From a bacterium (GTDB lineage: Bacteria; Patescibacteriota; Minisyncoccia; UBA6257; WO2-44-18), in the NCBI GenBank assembly GCA_030646995.1, contig JAUSKF010000004.1:20404-84403 (forward strand): DNA of 64,000 bases, read 5' to 3'. The stretch's first letter is position 1. The number at the start of each line of letters is the position of its first letter. Shown piece after piece: positions 9,362-18,160 of the stretch. Under the pieces are notes generated by a model. That model was not told where the DNA came from, searched no databases, and saw only the letters and a program-made list of their open reading frames with translations. The position numbers were made by a program, and so were the translations under genes.

Positions 9362-9874
9362 TTGAGCCTTAGAGCGGCACCAATTATCATTATGGTAATG
9401 AATAAAAATATAATTGGCGCCGTTTTAATTCTCGCCGGCATCGCTATTGCAGTTTACAATTGGGGATATAAAACAGCGGTTACCCCTTCGCCCGTTCCGC
9501 CACCCGCGCAAATGAACATCATTCCACCGACTCCACCAACCGGCGGAATAAAACCGGCTCCTCCGCCAGCTGGCGGACCAACTCCGGCTCCGAGCTCTAT
9601 TAAACCGCAAGAACCCGCCTTTACCTCCAATATCCAAGTAGCCGTACGAGGTTTCGGGTTCGTTTCGGAAACTGTCCGGGTCAAAGCCGGCACAAAAATA
9701 ACCTGGACCAACTTTGATGCCGCCGGCCACACTGTTACCAGCGACACCGGCCTTTTCGCCAGTAAAATTTTAAGCCAAGGCAAGAGCTTTGAATACATCT
9801 TCAATACTCCAGGCACGTATTCCTATCACTGTATTCCACATCCTTACATGAAGGGGGAGATAGTAGTAGAATAG
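9362..9874 (+). CDS. Secreted cupredoxin (plastocyanin/azurin-like blue copper protein) with Pro-rich linker
   Basis: N-terminal TM/signal, PAPPPAGG linker, C-terminal HxxxxxxxxxxxxCxxHxxM-type copper site (YSYHCIPHPYMKG). Confidence 0.7.
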   Translation: MSLRAAPIIIMVMNKNIIGAVLILAGIAIAVYNWGYKTAVTPSPVPPPAQMNIIPPTPPTGGIKPAPPPAGGPTPAPSSIKPQEPAFTSNIQVAVRGFGFVSETVRVKAGTKITWTNFDAAGHTVTSDTGLFASKILSQGKSFEYIFNTPGTYSYHCIPHPYMKGEIVVE

Positions 9875-9881
9875 TTTCCAG

Positions 9882-10274
9882 ATGAAAAGGATATATTTCT
9901 TAGTTGCCGTTTTAATTGCAGCAATCGCGGCATTAATCTTTTGGTTTACACCAAAAAGTTTAATTGAGGTTTATTCTCCAAAGAATGATTCGATCATCAC
10001 CAGCCCGGTAACTATCAGCGGTCAGGCCCGCGGATTTTGGTACTTTGAAGCTTCTTTCCCCGCAAGATTACTGGACGGAAATGGGAAAGAAATCGCTATC
10101 ATTCCGGTGCAGGCCCTGGATGAGTGGATGACGGAAAGATTCGTCCCCTTCTCCACAAAGATGGAATTCATCGCCCCAAAGACCGACACCGGCACTTTGA
10201 TACTGCAAAAAGACAATCCCTCGGGTTTACCGGAGCACGACGCCGAAATTCGAATCCCAGTTAGATTCCGATAA
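9882..10274 (+). CDS. Hypothetical secreted protein (Ig-like/Gmad2-like?)
   Basis: 130 aa, N-terminal TM/signal. Confidence 0.45.
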   Translation: MKRIYFLVAVLIAAIAALIFWFTPKSLIEVYSPKNDSIITSPVTISGQARGFWYFEASFPARLLDGNGKEIAIIPVQALDEWMTERFVPFSTKMEFIAPKTDTGTLILQKDNPSGLPEHDAEIRIPVRFR

Positions 10275-10307
10275 TTCCGTTAACGGTTTTTTGTTATACT
10301 GGTAGGA

Positions 10308-11936
10308 ATGTCCTTAAAAGAAGAAATTAAATCATTTTTCAAAGGGGAAGTTTTTGACGACAACTCAACTCTAGAAAAATACAGCCGGGATGCCAGCTTA
10401 TTTGTGGTAAAACCGGCGATTGTAGCCGTTCCCCAGAACACGGAAGACATTAAAAATCTTGTAAAATTCGCGGGAAAGCATAAAAAGGAAAAGATTTCCC
10501 TTACCCCCCGTTCAGGTGGTACTTGCATGACCGGCGGCCCGCTTAGCGAATCGGTCATAGTGGACGTGAATCAACACCTCAATCACATAAAAGAGGTGGG
10601 CAATGGCTATGCAGTCACTGAACCAGGAGCTTTTTACCGTGATTTTGAAAAGGCCACTCTGGCGAAAGGGTGGATTTTGCCGTGCTATCCGGCATCCCGA
10701 GAAATTTGCACTGTTGGCGGAATGGTAGGCAATAACGCCGGCGGAGAAAAAACCTTAGCGTATGGGAAAACTGAAAAATACGTTGAAGAGCTAAAAGTAA
10801 TCTTGCGGGATGGCAACGAATACACTGTGAAGCCCCTTGCCGGAATAGAGCTGAAAAAAAAGCTGGACTCAAAAACAATCGAGGGGAAAATCTATAAAGA
10901 AATTTTTACTTTAATAGATAAAAATTATGAGCTTTTGCAGGCCGCAAAACCTAAGGTTTCAAAAAATTCCTCCGGATATTATCTTTGGAATGTTTGGGAT
11001 AAAAAAACCTTTGATCTGACTAAGCTTTTGGTCGGCTCCCAAGGCACTCTCGGCATCACTACTGAAATCAAATTCCGGCTCGTCAAACCAAAACCGCACA
11101 CTAAAATGCTGGCGATATTTTTGAAAGACTTGAAGCCGCTCGCTAAAATTATAAATATTGTACTTTCCTACAAGCCGGAAAGCTTTGAATCCTACGACGA
11201 CAACACTCTAAAATTAGCCATCCGATATCTACCGGACTTCATCAAGCTAATGAAAACTAATCTATTTTCTCTGGCATGGAGCTTCTTGCCGGAATTTTGG
11301 ACCGCCATTACCGGCGGTATACCAAAATTGATTCTAATTGCTGAATTCGCCGGTGATTCGGAGGAGGACGTGACACGTCGCGCCACTAATGCCAGAACTG
11401 CCCTCAAAGAATTTTCTGTGCGCTCCAGAATCACAAAAAGCGACAAGGAATCGAAAAAGTATTGGGTAATCAGACGGGAAAGCTTTAATTTGCTTCGTCA
11501 TCACATCAAAGGTAAACATACGGCTCCGTTTATAGACGATATGACCGTCCGCCCCGAACAGCTTCCGGAATTTCTGCCGCAATTAAACGAAATAATGGCC
11601 CAATACAAGCTGGTTTATACGGTCGCCGGCCACATTGGCGACGGCAATTTCCATATTATTCCATTGATGGACATGACCAATCCGGAGTCCAGAAAAATTA
11701 TTCCGGAGCTGTCCGAGAAGGTTTATGATTTAGTATTCAAATTTCACGGCTCAATGAGCGGTGAGCACAACGACGGCTTGATCCGCACGCCTTTTCTGGA
11801 AAAAATGTACGGCAAAAAGGTGATGGCATTATTCAGAAAAACCAAAAAGATATTCGACCCGGACAATCTATTTAACCCGGGCAAAAAAGTAGATGTTAGT
11901 ATAGAATATTCTATGGGACACCTAGCGGAGAAATAG
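10308..11936 (+). CDS. FAD-linked oxidase (GlcD/D-lactate dehydrogenase-like, PCMH-type FAD binding)
   Basis: FAD_binding_4 N-terminal pattern (VVKPAIVAVPQNTEDIKNLVKFA..), FAD-oxidase C domain. Confidence 0.8.
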   Translation: MSLKEEIKSFFKGEVFDDNSTLEKYSRDASLFVVKPAIVAVPQNTEDIKNLVKFAGKHKKEKISLTPRSGGTCMTGGPLSESVIVDVNQHLNHIKEVGNGYAVTEPGAFYRDFEKATLAKGWILPCYPASREICTVGGMVGNNAGGEKTLAYGKTEKYVEELKVILRDGNEYTVKPLAGIELKKKLDSKTIEGKIYKEIFTLIDKNYELLQAAKPKVSKNSSGYYLWNVWDKKTFDLTKLLVGSQGTLGITTEIKFRLVKPKPHTKMLAIFLKDLKPLAKIINIVLSYKPESFESYDDNTLKLAIRYLPDFIKLMKTNLFSLAWSFLPEFWTAITGGIPKLILIAEFAGDSEEDVTRRATNARTALKEFSVRSRITKSDKESKKYWVIRRESFNLLRHHIKGKHTAPFIDDMTVRPEQLPEFLPQLNEIMAQYKLVYTVAGHIGDGNFHIIPLMDMTNPESRKIIPELSEKVYDLVFKFHGSMSGEHNDGLIRTPFLEKMYGKKVMALFRKTKKIFDPDNLFNPGKKVDVSIEYSMGHLAEK

Positions 11937-11937
11937 C

Positions 11938-12405
11938 ATGTTGAAAAAATACTATATGCACTTCCTCGAAAAACTTGACCGGCAAATAATCTCCAAAATC
12001 AGCGCCGCCTTCCCTTTTGTGGCGCGCCTCGCATTATTTGTGGTTTTTTTCGGATTTGGTGCCCTAAAGCTCTTTGATGCAAGTCCGGCTAATCCACTGG
12101 TTGAAAACTTACTACACAACACCCTCCCTTTCATTGGATTTAACGAATTCATAATCGGTCTCGGAATCTTTGAGATGCTAATCGGAATCTGTTTCGCCAT
12201 TCCTCGCCTAGAGAGGCTGGCAATCCTGCTTTTGGTGCCGCACATGATTACTACCGGAATGCCGCTATTTCTCCTGCCTGAAATTGCCTGGAGCTCTTTC
12301 CTTGTTCCAACTCTTGAGGGGCAGTACATAATAAAAAACTTGGTAATTATCGCTCTCGCGATGGGCATCGCCAGCCAACTAAAACCGATTCACTTTAAGA
12401 AATAG
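11938..12405 (+). CDS. Membrane protein (DoxX-like?)
   Basis: 155 aa, 4 predicted TM helices. Confidence 0.45.
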   Translation: MLKKYYMHFLEKLDRQIISKISAAFPFVARLALFVVFFGFGALKLFDASPANPLVENLLHNTLPFIGFNEFIIGLGIFEMLIGICFAIPRLERLAILLLVPHMITTGMPLFLLPEIAWSSFLVPTLEGQYIIKNLVIIALAMGIASQLKPIHFKK

Positions 12406-12505
12406 TCTAATCCCCCATTCACGCTAGAATGAGGGATTTTTTTATGGCTTTGTGTTACGTGTACCAGACTTATAAAATTAGAGATAAAATGGTATAGTTA
12501 TTAGA

Positions 12506-12982
12506 ATGGAAGCAAAGACCTCCCCGAAAGATGTATTCCTACACCTCCTATCAATTGTTTCGCTATATACGAGCGGAATCGCTTTTTTAGTGCTGATTTT
12601 CCAATATGTGAATGTGCTCTTCCCCGATGCCGTAGCTGGAGATAATTATTATCAACTAGAGTCCGCTTATCGGATGATTCGATGGTCTATTTCTTCTCTA
12701 ATTATAGTTTTCCCGACCTATATTATCGCCACCTGGTTTTTGAATAAATCCTACGACAAAACTCCCGCCAAGAAAAAAATCTGGGTCCGAAAGTGGCTAG
12801 TCTATTTCACGCTCTTTGTCGCCGCGCTGATTATCATCGGCGACTTAGTAAGTCTGATTAACAATCTTCTCAACGGTGAATTAACGATGCGCTTCTTATT
12901 GAAGGTACTGGCTGTATTCTTTGTATCCGGAAATGTTTTTTATTACTACATCTGGGAGTTAAAACATAAAAAAGCTGAGTAA
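12506..12982 (+). CDS. DUF5671-like membrane protein
   Basis: 158 aa, 4 TM helices with DUF5671-like topology common in CPR. Confidence 0.45.
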   Translation: MEAKTSPKDVFLHLLSIVSLYTSGIAFLVLIFQYVNVLFPDAVAGDNYYQLESAYRMIRWSISSLIIVFPTYIIATWFLNKSYDKTPAKKKIWVRKWLVYFTLFVAALIIIGDLVSLINNLLNGELTMRFLLKVLAVFFVSGNVFYYYIWELKHKKAE

Positions 12983-13455
12983 TGAAATACTACGTTTATA
13001 CAATTATCGCAATTGTCGCGACATCGGTAGTAGCCGGTTTCTTTATCGTCGGCTCACCAAAAACTGCCCGCCTTTTCGAGCAAGACAATCAACGGCTCTC
13101 CAGTCTTCAAATGATTCAATCGGAAATAATTAATTTTTGGATTAACAAAGCAAGATTGCCGAAGATGCTTTCTGAATTAGAAGACGATATCCGCGGCGTG
13201 CGCATCCCGAGCGACCCCGAAACCGGCGCGCCTTATACCTACACCGTCACGGGAGCGGAAAGCTTTAAATTATGCGCCGTATTTGCAAAGCCAAGTCTAA
13301 TTTCAACCCGTTCAAATATTAGCCCGAAGCCTATACCGGCAATGTACTACGCAGAGCCGTACGCGCAAGATAATTGGCAACATGGCGAAGGAGAAGTTTG
13401 CTTTGATAGAACTATCGATAAGGAGATATACCGCCCGACCCCAATCAAGAAGTAG
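12982..13455 (+). CDS. Hypothetical secreted/anchored protein (pilin-like N-terminus?)
   Basis: 157 aa, single N-terminal TM; short hairpin terminator at ~13452-13470. Confidence 0.45.
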   Translation: MKYYVYTIIAIVATSVVAGFFIVGSPKTARLFEQDNQRLSSLQMIQSEIINFWINKARLPKMLSELEDDIRGVRIPSDPETGAPYTYTVTGAESFKLCAVFAKPSLISTRSNISPKPIPAMYYAEPYAQDNWQHGEGEVCFDRTIDKEIYRPTPIKK

Positions 13456-13496
13456 CTCGGCTACTTTTTGCTCTCTTACAAAAGGCTTGTTCGTAT

Positions 13497-13620
13497 TGCT
13501 TCTCGGACACAGAATAGCCCCACTCCAACGGTGGGGCTTTCTTCTCTCTCGGCGGTTAATCGTTCGTAAAATAATAACGAACGAACCAAGCTTAACCGCC
13601 TCCGAGATGTTCCTTAAAGC
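13497..13620 (+). repeat. Structured ~125-bp repeat element, copy A (family shared with 34014-34140 and 48568-48704)
   Basis: Shares CTCTCGGCGG-hairpin(GTTCGTTCG..CGAACGAAC)-CCAAGC..AACCGCCTCCGAGATGTTCCT core with copies B and C; 5' hairpin differs by compensatory changes. Confidence 0.7.
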
Positions 13621-13685
13621 AACACGACCAAGCCCCAAGACACCAAGAGAACAAAAAGTAGCCTCACTCATGTTGGGAGGCGTAG

Positions 13686-14462
13686 TTATTTTTTTGCGAA
13701 CAGCGATAACAGAAATACGGCCGCGCTGGATAAGACTACCAACGGCCCGGGGGGGAGATTGAAAGTAAACGCCAATAGAATGCCACCCAAGGCACTGACC
13801 GATCCTAGTATTACGCTCATAAAGCCATAGGTGCTGAAATTTTTCGCGATATTCTTTGAAGCAGCAGCCGGAATAACAACCAGCGCGCCCATTAATAAAG
13901 TTCCTACTACCTTCACGCCCAACGCCACAACCACCGCCACCAACGCCATAAACACAAAATTCCAGACACGCGTGTTAATTCCTTGGGACCGGGCGAGATC
14001 CGACGAAACTATGTCTAATAAAATCCGGCGACGAATTGCAAAAGTTGCCACCAGAACCACCAGCGACAAAACGACTCCCAAAATTGCGTCCATCAAATTA
14101 ACCTTGCTAATATCGCCGAACAACGACTCCAGTAATTCCGGCTCCGGAGTCACCAAGATGCCGACTGCCAGCGCCACGGCGAAAATAATACCCACAATCG
14201 CTTCGGCGGGAATATCCGTTTTCTCTTCTAGTTTCCAAACTAAGAATACTCCTACCGCCAAGGCAGAAAACGCCCCCAAGAAGGGATTTATACCATAAGT
14301 AAGGGCAATGCCAATGCCGGGCAGGGCAACGTGCGATAATGCATCCCCCACTAATGCCATGCGCTTCAAGACCATCAAAGAACCAAGGTAAGCCGAAGCC
14401 GCCCCCACAAATACACCCACTAAAATACTGGCGATTAAATTAGAATCAATGTTGGTGCTCAT
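13686..14462 (-). CDS. znuB: Metal (Zn/Mn) ABC transporter permease, ABC-3 family
   Basis: 258 aa, 7-8 TM helices, ABC-3 signature; overlaps ATPase gene. Confidence 0.75.
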   Translation of the reverse strand: MSTNIDSNLIASILVGVFVGAASAYLGSLMVLKRMALVGDALSHVALPGIGIALTYGINPFLGAFSALAVGVFLVWKLEEKTDIPAEAIVGIIFAVALAVGILVTPEPELLESLFGDISKVNLMDAILGVVLSLVVLVATFAIRRRILLDIVSSDLARSQGINTRVWNFVFMALVAVVVALGVKVVGTLLMGALVVIPAAASKNIAKNFSTYGFMSVILGSVSALGGILLAFTFNLPPGPLVVLSSAAVFLLSLFAKK

Positions 14463-15168
14463 GTGGGTAAATTCCTATCTGCGATCCGTACAACTCTTCC
14501 AAAATTTTCGGATTCAAAGCCTCTTTCGGCGAACCGAAACAAACTTTCTCTTTATTCAAACACAAAACTTTCTCGGCATAACGATATACGATATTAAAAT
14601 CATGGGTAATCAAAATAATAGTGAGGCCATGCTCGCGGTGCAGCTTCCCAAGTAGATTATAGATTGTCTCTTCGCCGCCAATATCAATGCCGGTGGTCGG
14701 CTCATCAAAAAGTAAAACGTCGGGGTGATTCATTAAAGCATAAGCTATCATCACCCTCTGAAATTGACCTCCCGATAGCTCACCAATGCGCGCGCCCAGA
14801 ACATGCCTCCGGAAATGATGTTGATCGGCAGACTCTCCGCGGCGCATTCCCACAGATTCTAAGGCTTCATAAATTTCCGCTTCTGAAGCTCCCTTCAAGC
14901 GCAAAAAATCCAATACACTCATCGGCAAATCCCTATCAATGGATAGCTTTTGAGGCACGTATCCCACCTTTACATTCGGCATCCAATCAATTTTTCCTTC
15001 ATATGGTAAAATACCCAAAAGCGCCCGGAAGAATACGGTCTTTCCGGCTCCATTCGGACCGATTACCGCGACTACTTCTCCCTTTGTTACCTCCAGAGAG
15101 AGATTACTAATCACCGGCTCGCCCCCAAAAACTACCCGTAGATCTTGAACTTTAAGTATTGCAGGCAT
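14446..15168 (-). CDS. znuC: Metal ABC transporter ATP-binding protein
   Basis: Walker A GPNGAGKT, ABC signature LSGGQFQR, Walker B LLFDEPT. Confidence 0.85.
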   Translation of the reverse strand: MPAILKVQDLRVVFGGEPVISNLSLEVTKGEVVAVIGPNGAGKTVFFRALLGILPYEGKIDWMPNVKVGYVPQKLSIDRDLPMSVLDFLRLKGASEAEIYEALESVGMRRGESADQHHFRRHVLGARIGELSGGQFQRVMIAYALMNHPDVLLFDEPTTGIDIGGEETIYNLLGKLHREHGLTIILITHDFNIVYRYAEKVLCLNKEKVCFGSPKEALNPKILEELYGSQIGIYPHEHQH

Positions 15169-15229
15169 AAATAAGTCATTGCTTTCAGTATAACTAAGAT
15201 ATGGTAAAATAAACAGTAATGACTGAACG

Positions 15230-15472
15230 CCCTTTTTCCCAATTGATAAGAGAAATTTTTACTCAAGCCCGAGGCTTGTTTATGCCGTCATATAAACATA
15301 TGACCAATAAACTTAACAAAGGGATTGATAAAAATTTCCTTACCCTTCCGGGAGGCGCGACTATAGCCGATTTCTTTGTCGCTCTTCTTCAGCGTAGAGT
15401 CTACGCTTTCATCGTCGCTTCGCGAAATCTAGGCTATAGTCGTAGCCTTCAATTGGAAAAGGAGGGTATTTA
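15230..15472 (+). repeat. Duplicated ~245-nt structured element, copy 1 (candidate ncRNA/leader), upstream of LOG-family gene
   Basis: ~93% identical 3' 140-bp block and identical 5' 30 bp with copy at 23734-23976; terminal closing helix CCCTTTTTCCCAATTGA/TCAATTGGAAAAGGAGGG; internal long stem CGACTATAGCCGATTTC/GAAATCTAGGCTATAGTCG. Confidence 0.55.
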
Positions 15473-15484
15473 GTCATTACCAAA

Positions 15485-16231
15485 ATGAAAAAAAATAAAA
15501 AACAAGATAAGCCCGTTCGGCAAGCTCAGAGCGAGAAAGATAAATTATTGGTTCCGGCGAAAGAATTGCCGATCCATCTCCACCCGAAAGATTGGCGTCA
15601 TTCTTTCCACTGGCGCATCTTCCGCATTATGGCGGAATTTGTGGACGGCTTTCAATTTTTAGCTGACCTAAAGAATACGGTTACTTTTTTCGGCTCTGCC
15701 CGCCTCAATGAAGGAACCCGCTGGTATGAAGTGGCTCGAGAGCTCAGCAAAATGCTCGCTAAGGCCAAATTTGGCGTAATTACAGGAGGCGGACCGGGTA
15801 TTATGGAAGCCGGTAACCGCGGCGCTTTTGAGGGTAAGGGCGACTCTATCGGAATCAACATCCAACTGCCTTTTGAGCAACGCATCAACGAATATGTAAC
15901 TAAAAGTCATGGTTTCTATTATTTCTTCACCAGAAAAATAATGCTCTCTTTCGCTTCGCAGGCTTATGTTTATTTTCCCGGTGGATTCGGAACTTTAGAT
16001 GAGCTTTTTGAAATCTTAACTTTAGTTCAAACAAAAAAGATTTATGACAAAATTCCGATAATTTTGGTAGGAAAAGAATTCTGGGGAGATATCGATAAAT
16101 GGATGCGCGAGAAACTCCTCTTGCAGCACAAGACAATCGATGCCGAAGATCTGGAGCTCTACACGATTGTAGATACCGCGAAAGAGGCTTTCGAGATAAT
16201 TAAGAAATCTAAACCCCGCGAAGAATTCTAA
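15485..16231 (+). CDS. LOG family protein (TIGR00730, cytokinin riboside 5'-monophosphate phosphoribohydrolase-like)
   Basis: GGGPGIMEA and PGGFGTLDEL LOG motifs. Confidence 0.8.
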   Translation: MKKNKKQDKPVRQAQSEKDKLLVPAKELPIHLHPKDWRHSFHWRIFRIMAEFVDGFQFLADLKNTVTFFGSARLNEGTRWYEVARELSKMLAKAKFGVITGGGPGIMEAGNRGAFEGKGDSIGINIQLPFEQRINEYVTKSHGFYYFFTRKIMLSFASQAYVYFPGGFGTLDELFEILTLVQTKKIYDKIPIILVGKEFWGDIDKWMREKLLLQHKTIDAEDLELYTIVDTAKEAFEIIKKSKPREEF

Positions 16232-16232
16232 T

Positions 16233-16262
16233 AAAAACCCCCTCTTTCGAGGGGGTTTTGTT
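16233..16262. terminator. Bidirectional intrinsic terminator
   Basis: AAAACCCCCTCTTTCGAGGGGGTTTTGTTTT hairpin with flanking A/T runs between convergent genes. Confidence 0.7.
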
Positions 16263-17372
16263 TTATTTCTTAATCTCTCCTTTGTAGCCTTCAGACTTTT
16301 CATAGCGCTCTTTGGCTTCATCTCCGCCAATAAACTGCTCGTAGGCCTGCCAAATCTTAGCGCCGCTCATTTCCTGCGAATCACCGACCGGATGGTTGCG
16401 CTGACGCTCATGAAGATCCCAAAGCACTTGCTGGCCATCCTCAGCCATTTGTACAAATCCCCTCCACGTAGCCTCCATATCGATACGCGCCTGAAGGATT
16501 GTGTGCCAAATCACCTTAAATCCAAGATCGCGCAGTTCGTTGAAGGTCGGGGGCAAACAATTGTGATTTTTTCGATAGTAACTCACCCAATCTTTATTGG
16601 GTGAGTAGTTGATACCCAAGATCATCTTCGGGTCATGCTTGAGCATTTCCGAAACCCAACGCTCAATCTGCTTTTTGCCAATCATAGCGTCCGCCCAAAG
16701 CACAGTTGGGCGCAAACCCCGATAATCCACATCCATGTAGCGCTTAGCTCGGTCGAGTGCGTTATCGATGCCACCGCCCACCGCTGTCAGAGCATCAGTG
16801 CGAACCATGAGACGCATCGAGGTACCGAGAGCTTTAGAAACATTCAACCAAGAACGAATCTTGGCAACCATCTTCTCTGGCGCGATACACTGCTTACCGC
16901 CAAGATTGCCACAGCGACGAGTCGCTTCAGAGTCCTGGTCTTCCATGTGAGCCAAACCCACACCCATCTGGTGATAAAGCTCGACCAATTCAGGAAGAGT
17001 TACCTCGGTTCCGAAGCCAGTTTCTGCGTCCACGATTGTTGGCAAGGGATAGGCCGATGAAACCGCATAACGAGCCATCAGGCTCATCATGGTGCGATCA
17101 TGAAATCCCATATCAGGACGGCGCCAATTCATTGCGCTGATTGACCAGCCACCGATGTAGACTCCATTGAAAACACAGGGTTGACTGACAGCCTTTCGCC
17201 TTAGCATGATTTCCTTGGCGATGTAGGCACCCATGGCGTTATAAACGCCAGGAGCAATAATACAGCCGTCGCGCTTGAGCGTGTTCATAAACACATCCCC
17301 AGGACGCTTGTGTCGGCACTGGAAAAGAACTTCGAAGTCCTTTTCCATGAAATCTTTGGATCCCATGGTCAA
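16263..17372 (-). CDS. Isocitrate lyase / PEP mutase superfamily enzyme (ICL-PEPM family)
   Basis: TIVDAETGFG and RRCGNLGGKQ resemble ICL/PEPM signature K-x-C-G-H (His replaced by Asn); GC-richer than surroundings. Confidence 0.6.
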   Translation of the reverse strand: MTMGSKDFMEKDFEVLFQCRHKRPGDVFMNTLKRDGCIIAPGVYNAMGAYIAKEIMLRRKAVSQPCVFNGVYIGGWSISAMNWRRPDMGFHDRTMMSLMARYAVSSAYPLPTIVDAETGFGTEVTLPELVELYHQMGVGLAHMEDQDSEATRRCGNLGGKQCIAPEKMVAKIRSWLNVSKALGTSMRLMVRTDALTAVGGGIDNALDRAKRYMDVDYRGLRPTVLWADAMIGKKQIERWVSEMLKHDPKMILGINYSPNKDWVSYYRKNHNCLPPTFNELRDLGFKVIWHTILQARIDMEATWRGFVQMAEDGQQVLWDLHERQRNHPVGDSQEMSGAKIWQAYEQFIGGDEAKERYEKSEGYKGEIKK

Positions 17373-17500
17373 CCTCTTAACTAATTAAGAACTGAGAATA
17401 TTCTAAACTTTTCCCTCCTGCAAATCAACTATAGTTCGGCCCTTCGACTAGCTCAGGGTAAACAGGCTCACTATAAATAAAAAATGACCCCTACTTGGGG

Positions 17501-17800
17501 TCATTGCTTAAATTTTATGCCGCATTCCGGACAATATTCGAAAGAGGATTTCTGATGACGACTATGGTCGGTCCGTTTGCAGAAAATTTTACAGAGAGAG
17601 CACCATCCTTCACAAGCCCTAATTAGGCTATGAAAGAAATTCGAGCAAACGCCATTCTCATCCGGCTCCCGCCATTGCTCTGTATCACTGCGCTCTTCCT
17701 CGGAAGGCGGATTTTTAGCTACCGGTAGAATCACTCCGCACATCCCACAAAAATTCGCTACCGAACCCATCTTATATCCGCAATTACCGCAAAGATTCAT
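17501..17800 (-). CDS. Zinc-ribbon domain protein (multiple CxxC pairs)
   Basis: CGNCG...CGMCG...CPECG motifs; intrinsic terminator just downstream (~17481-17505). Confidence 0.5.
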   Translation of the reverse strand: MNLCGNCGYKMGSVANFCGMCGVILPVAKNPPSEEERSDTEQWREPDENGVCSNFFHSLIRACEGWCSLCKIFCKRTDHSRHQKSSFEYCPECGIKFKQ

Positions 17801-18131
17801 GGCGACGCCCCCTTTTCTTATTCCGGCGATTTTCTAAAACCACCCCAACAAGTAGTCTTCCAATACGTGCACTACAATAGATAGCGACACACACAGCCAA
17901 AATACATAGTGGCGTATGGAGTACTCGATCCGGCCCGCCCCACAACATCGGCAAATGATCGATATCAATGAAGACAGCAGCCAGCCCAGCAAAAAGCCCA
18001 GCGCAAAGTGTGAAAGAAAAGCCATCACGGACCATTGCCAGCTCCAGATAGGATTTCTTAAGTCGGTAATAGGCGCTTTTAAGACCTTGAGCACATGATG
18101 TCCAGATGGCCACATTCTGCCTCCCTCTCAA
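17784..18131 (-). CDS. Hypothetical membrane protein (frame ambiguous with overlapping ORF 17834..18115)
   Basis: Two overlapping minus-strand ORFs in different frames both look hydrophobic; cannot choose from sequence alone. Confidence 0.25.
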   Translation of the reverse strand: MRGRQNVAIWTSCAQGLKSAYYRLKKSYLELAMVRDGFSFTLCAGLFAGLAAVFIDIDHLPMLWGGPDRVLHTPLCILAVCVAIYCSARIGRLLVGVVLENRRNKKRGRRHESLR

Positions 18132-18160
18132 TGTTCTAGAGTCAATTTAAACAAAATGCG

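Noticed and set aside
15219-15473. ORF-track CDS (84 aa) and its paralog 23552..23977 (141 aa) as small conserved proteins
   Set aside because: All five differences between the two copies in the frame are non-synonymous. The unit has a long terminal closing helix and long internal stems. The 141-aa version gains its N-terminus by reading through the upstream terminator. Treated as structured repeat/ncRNA candidates, with low residual possibility of a small protein.
17834-18115. 93-aa minus-strand membrane ORF
   Set aside because: It overlaps ORF 17784..18131 in another frame, and both are hydrophobic. They cannot be discriminated from sequence alone. The longer one is reported at low confidence and this one is noted as the alternative.
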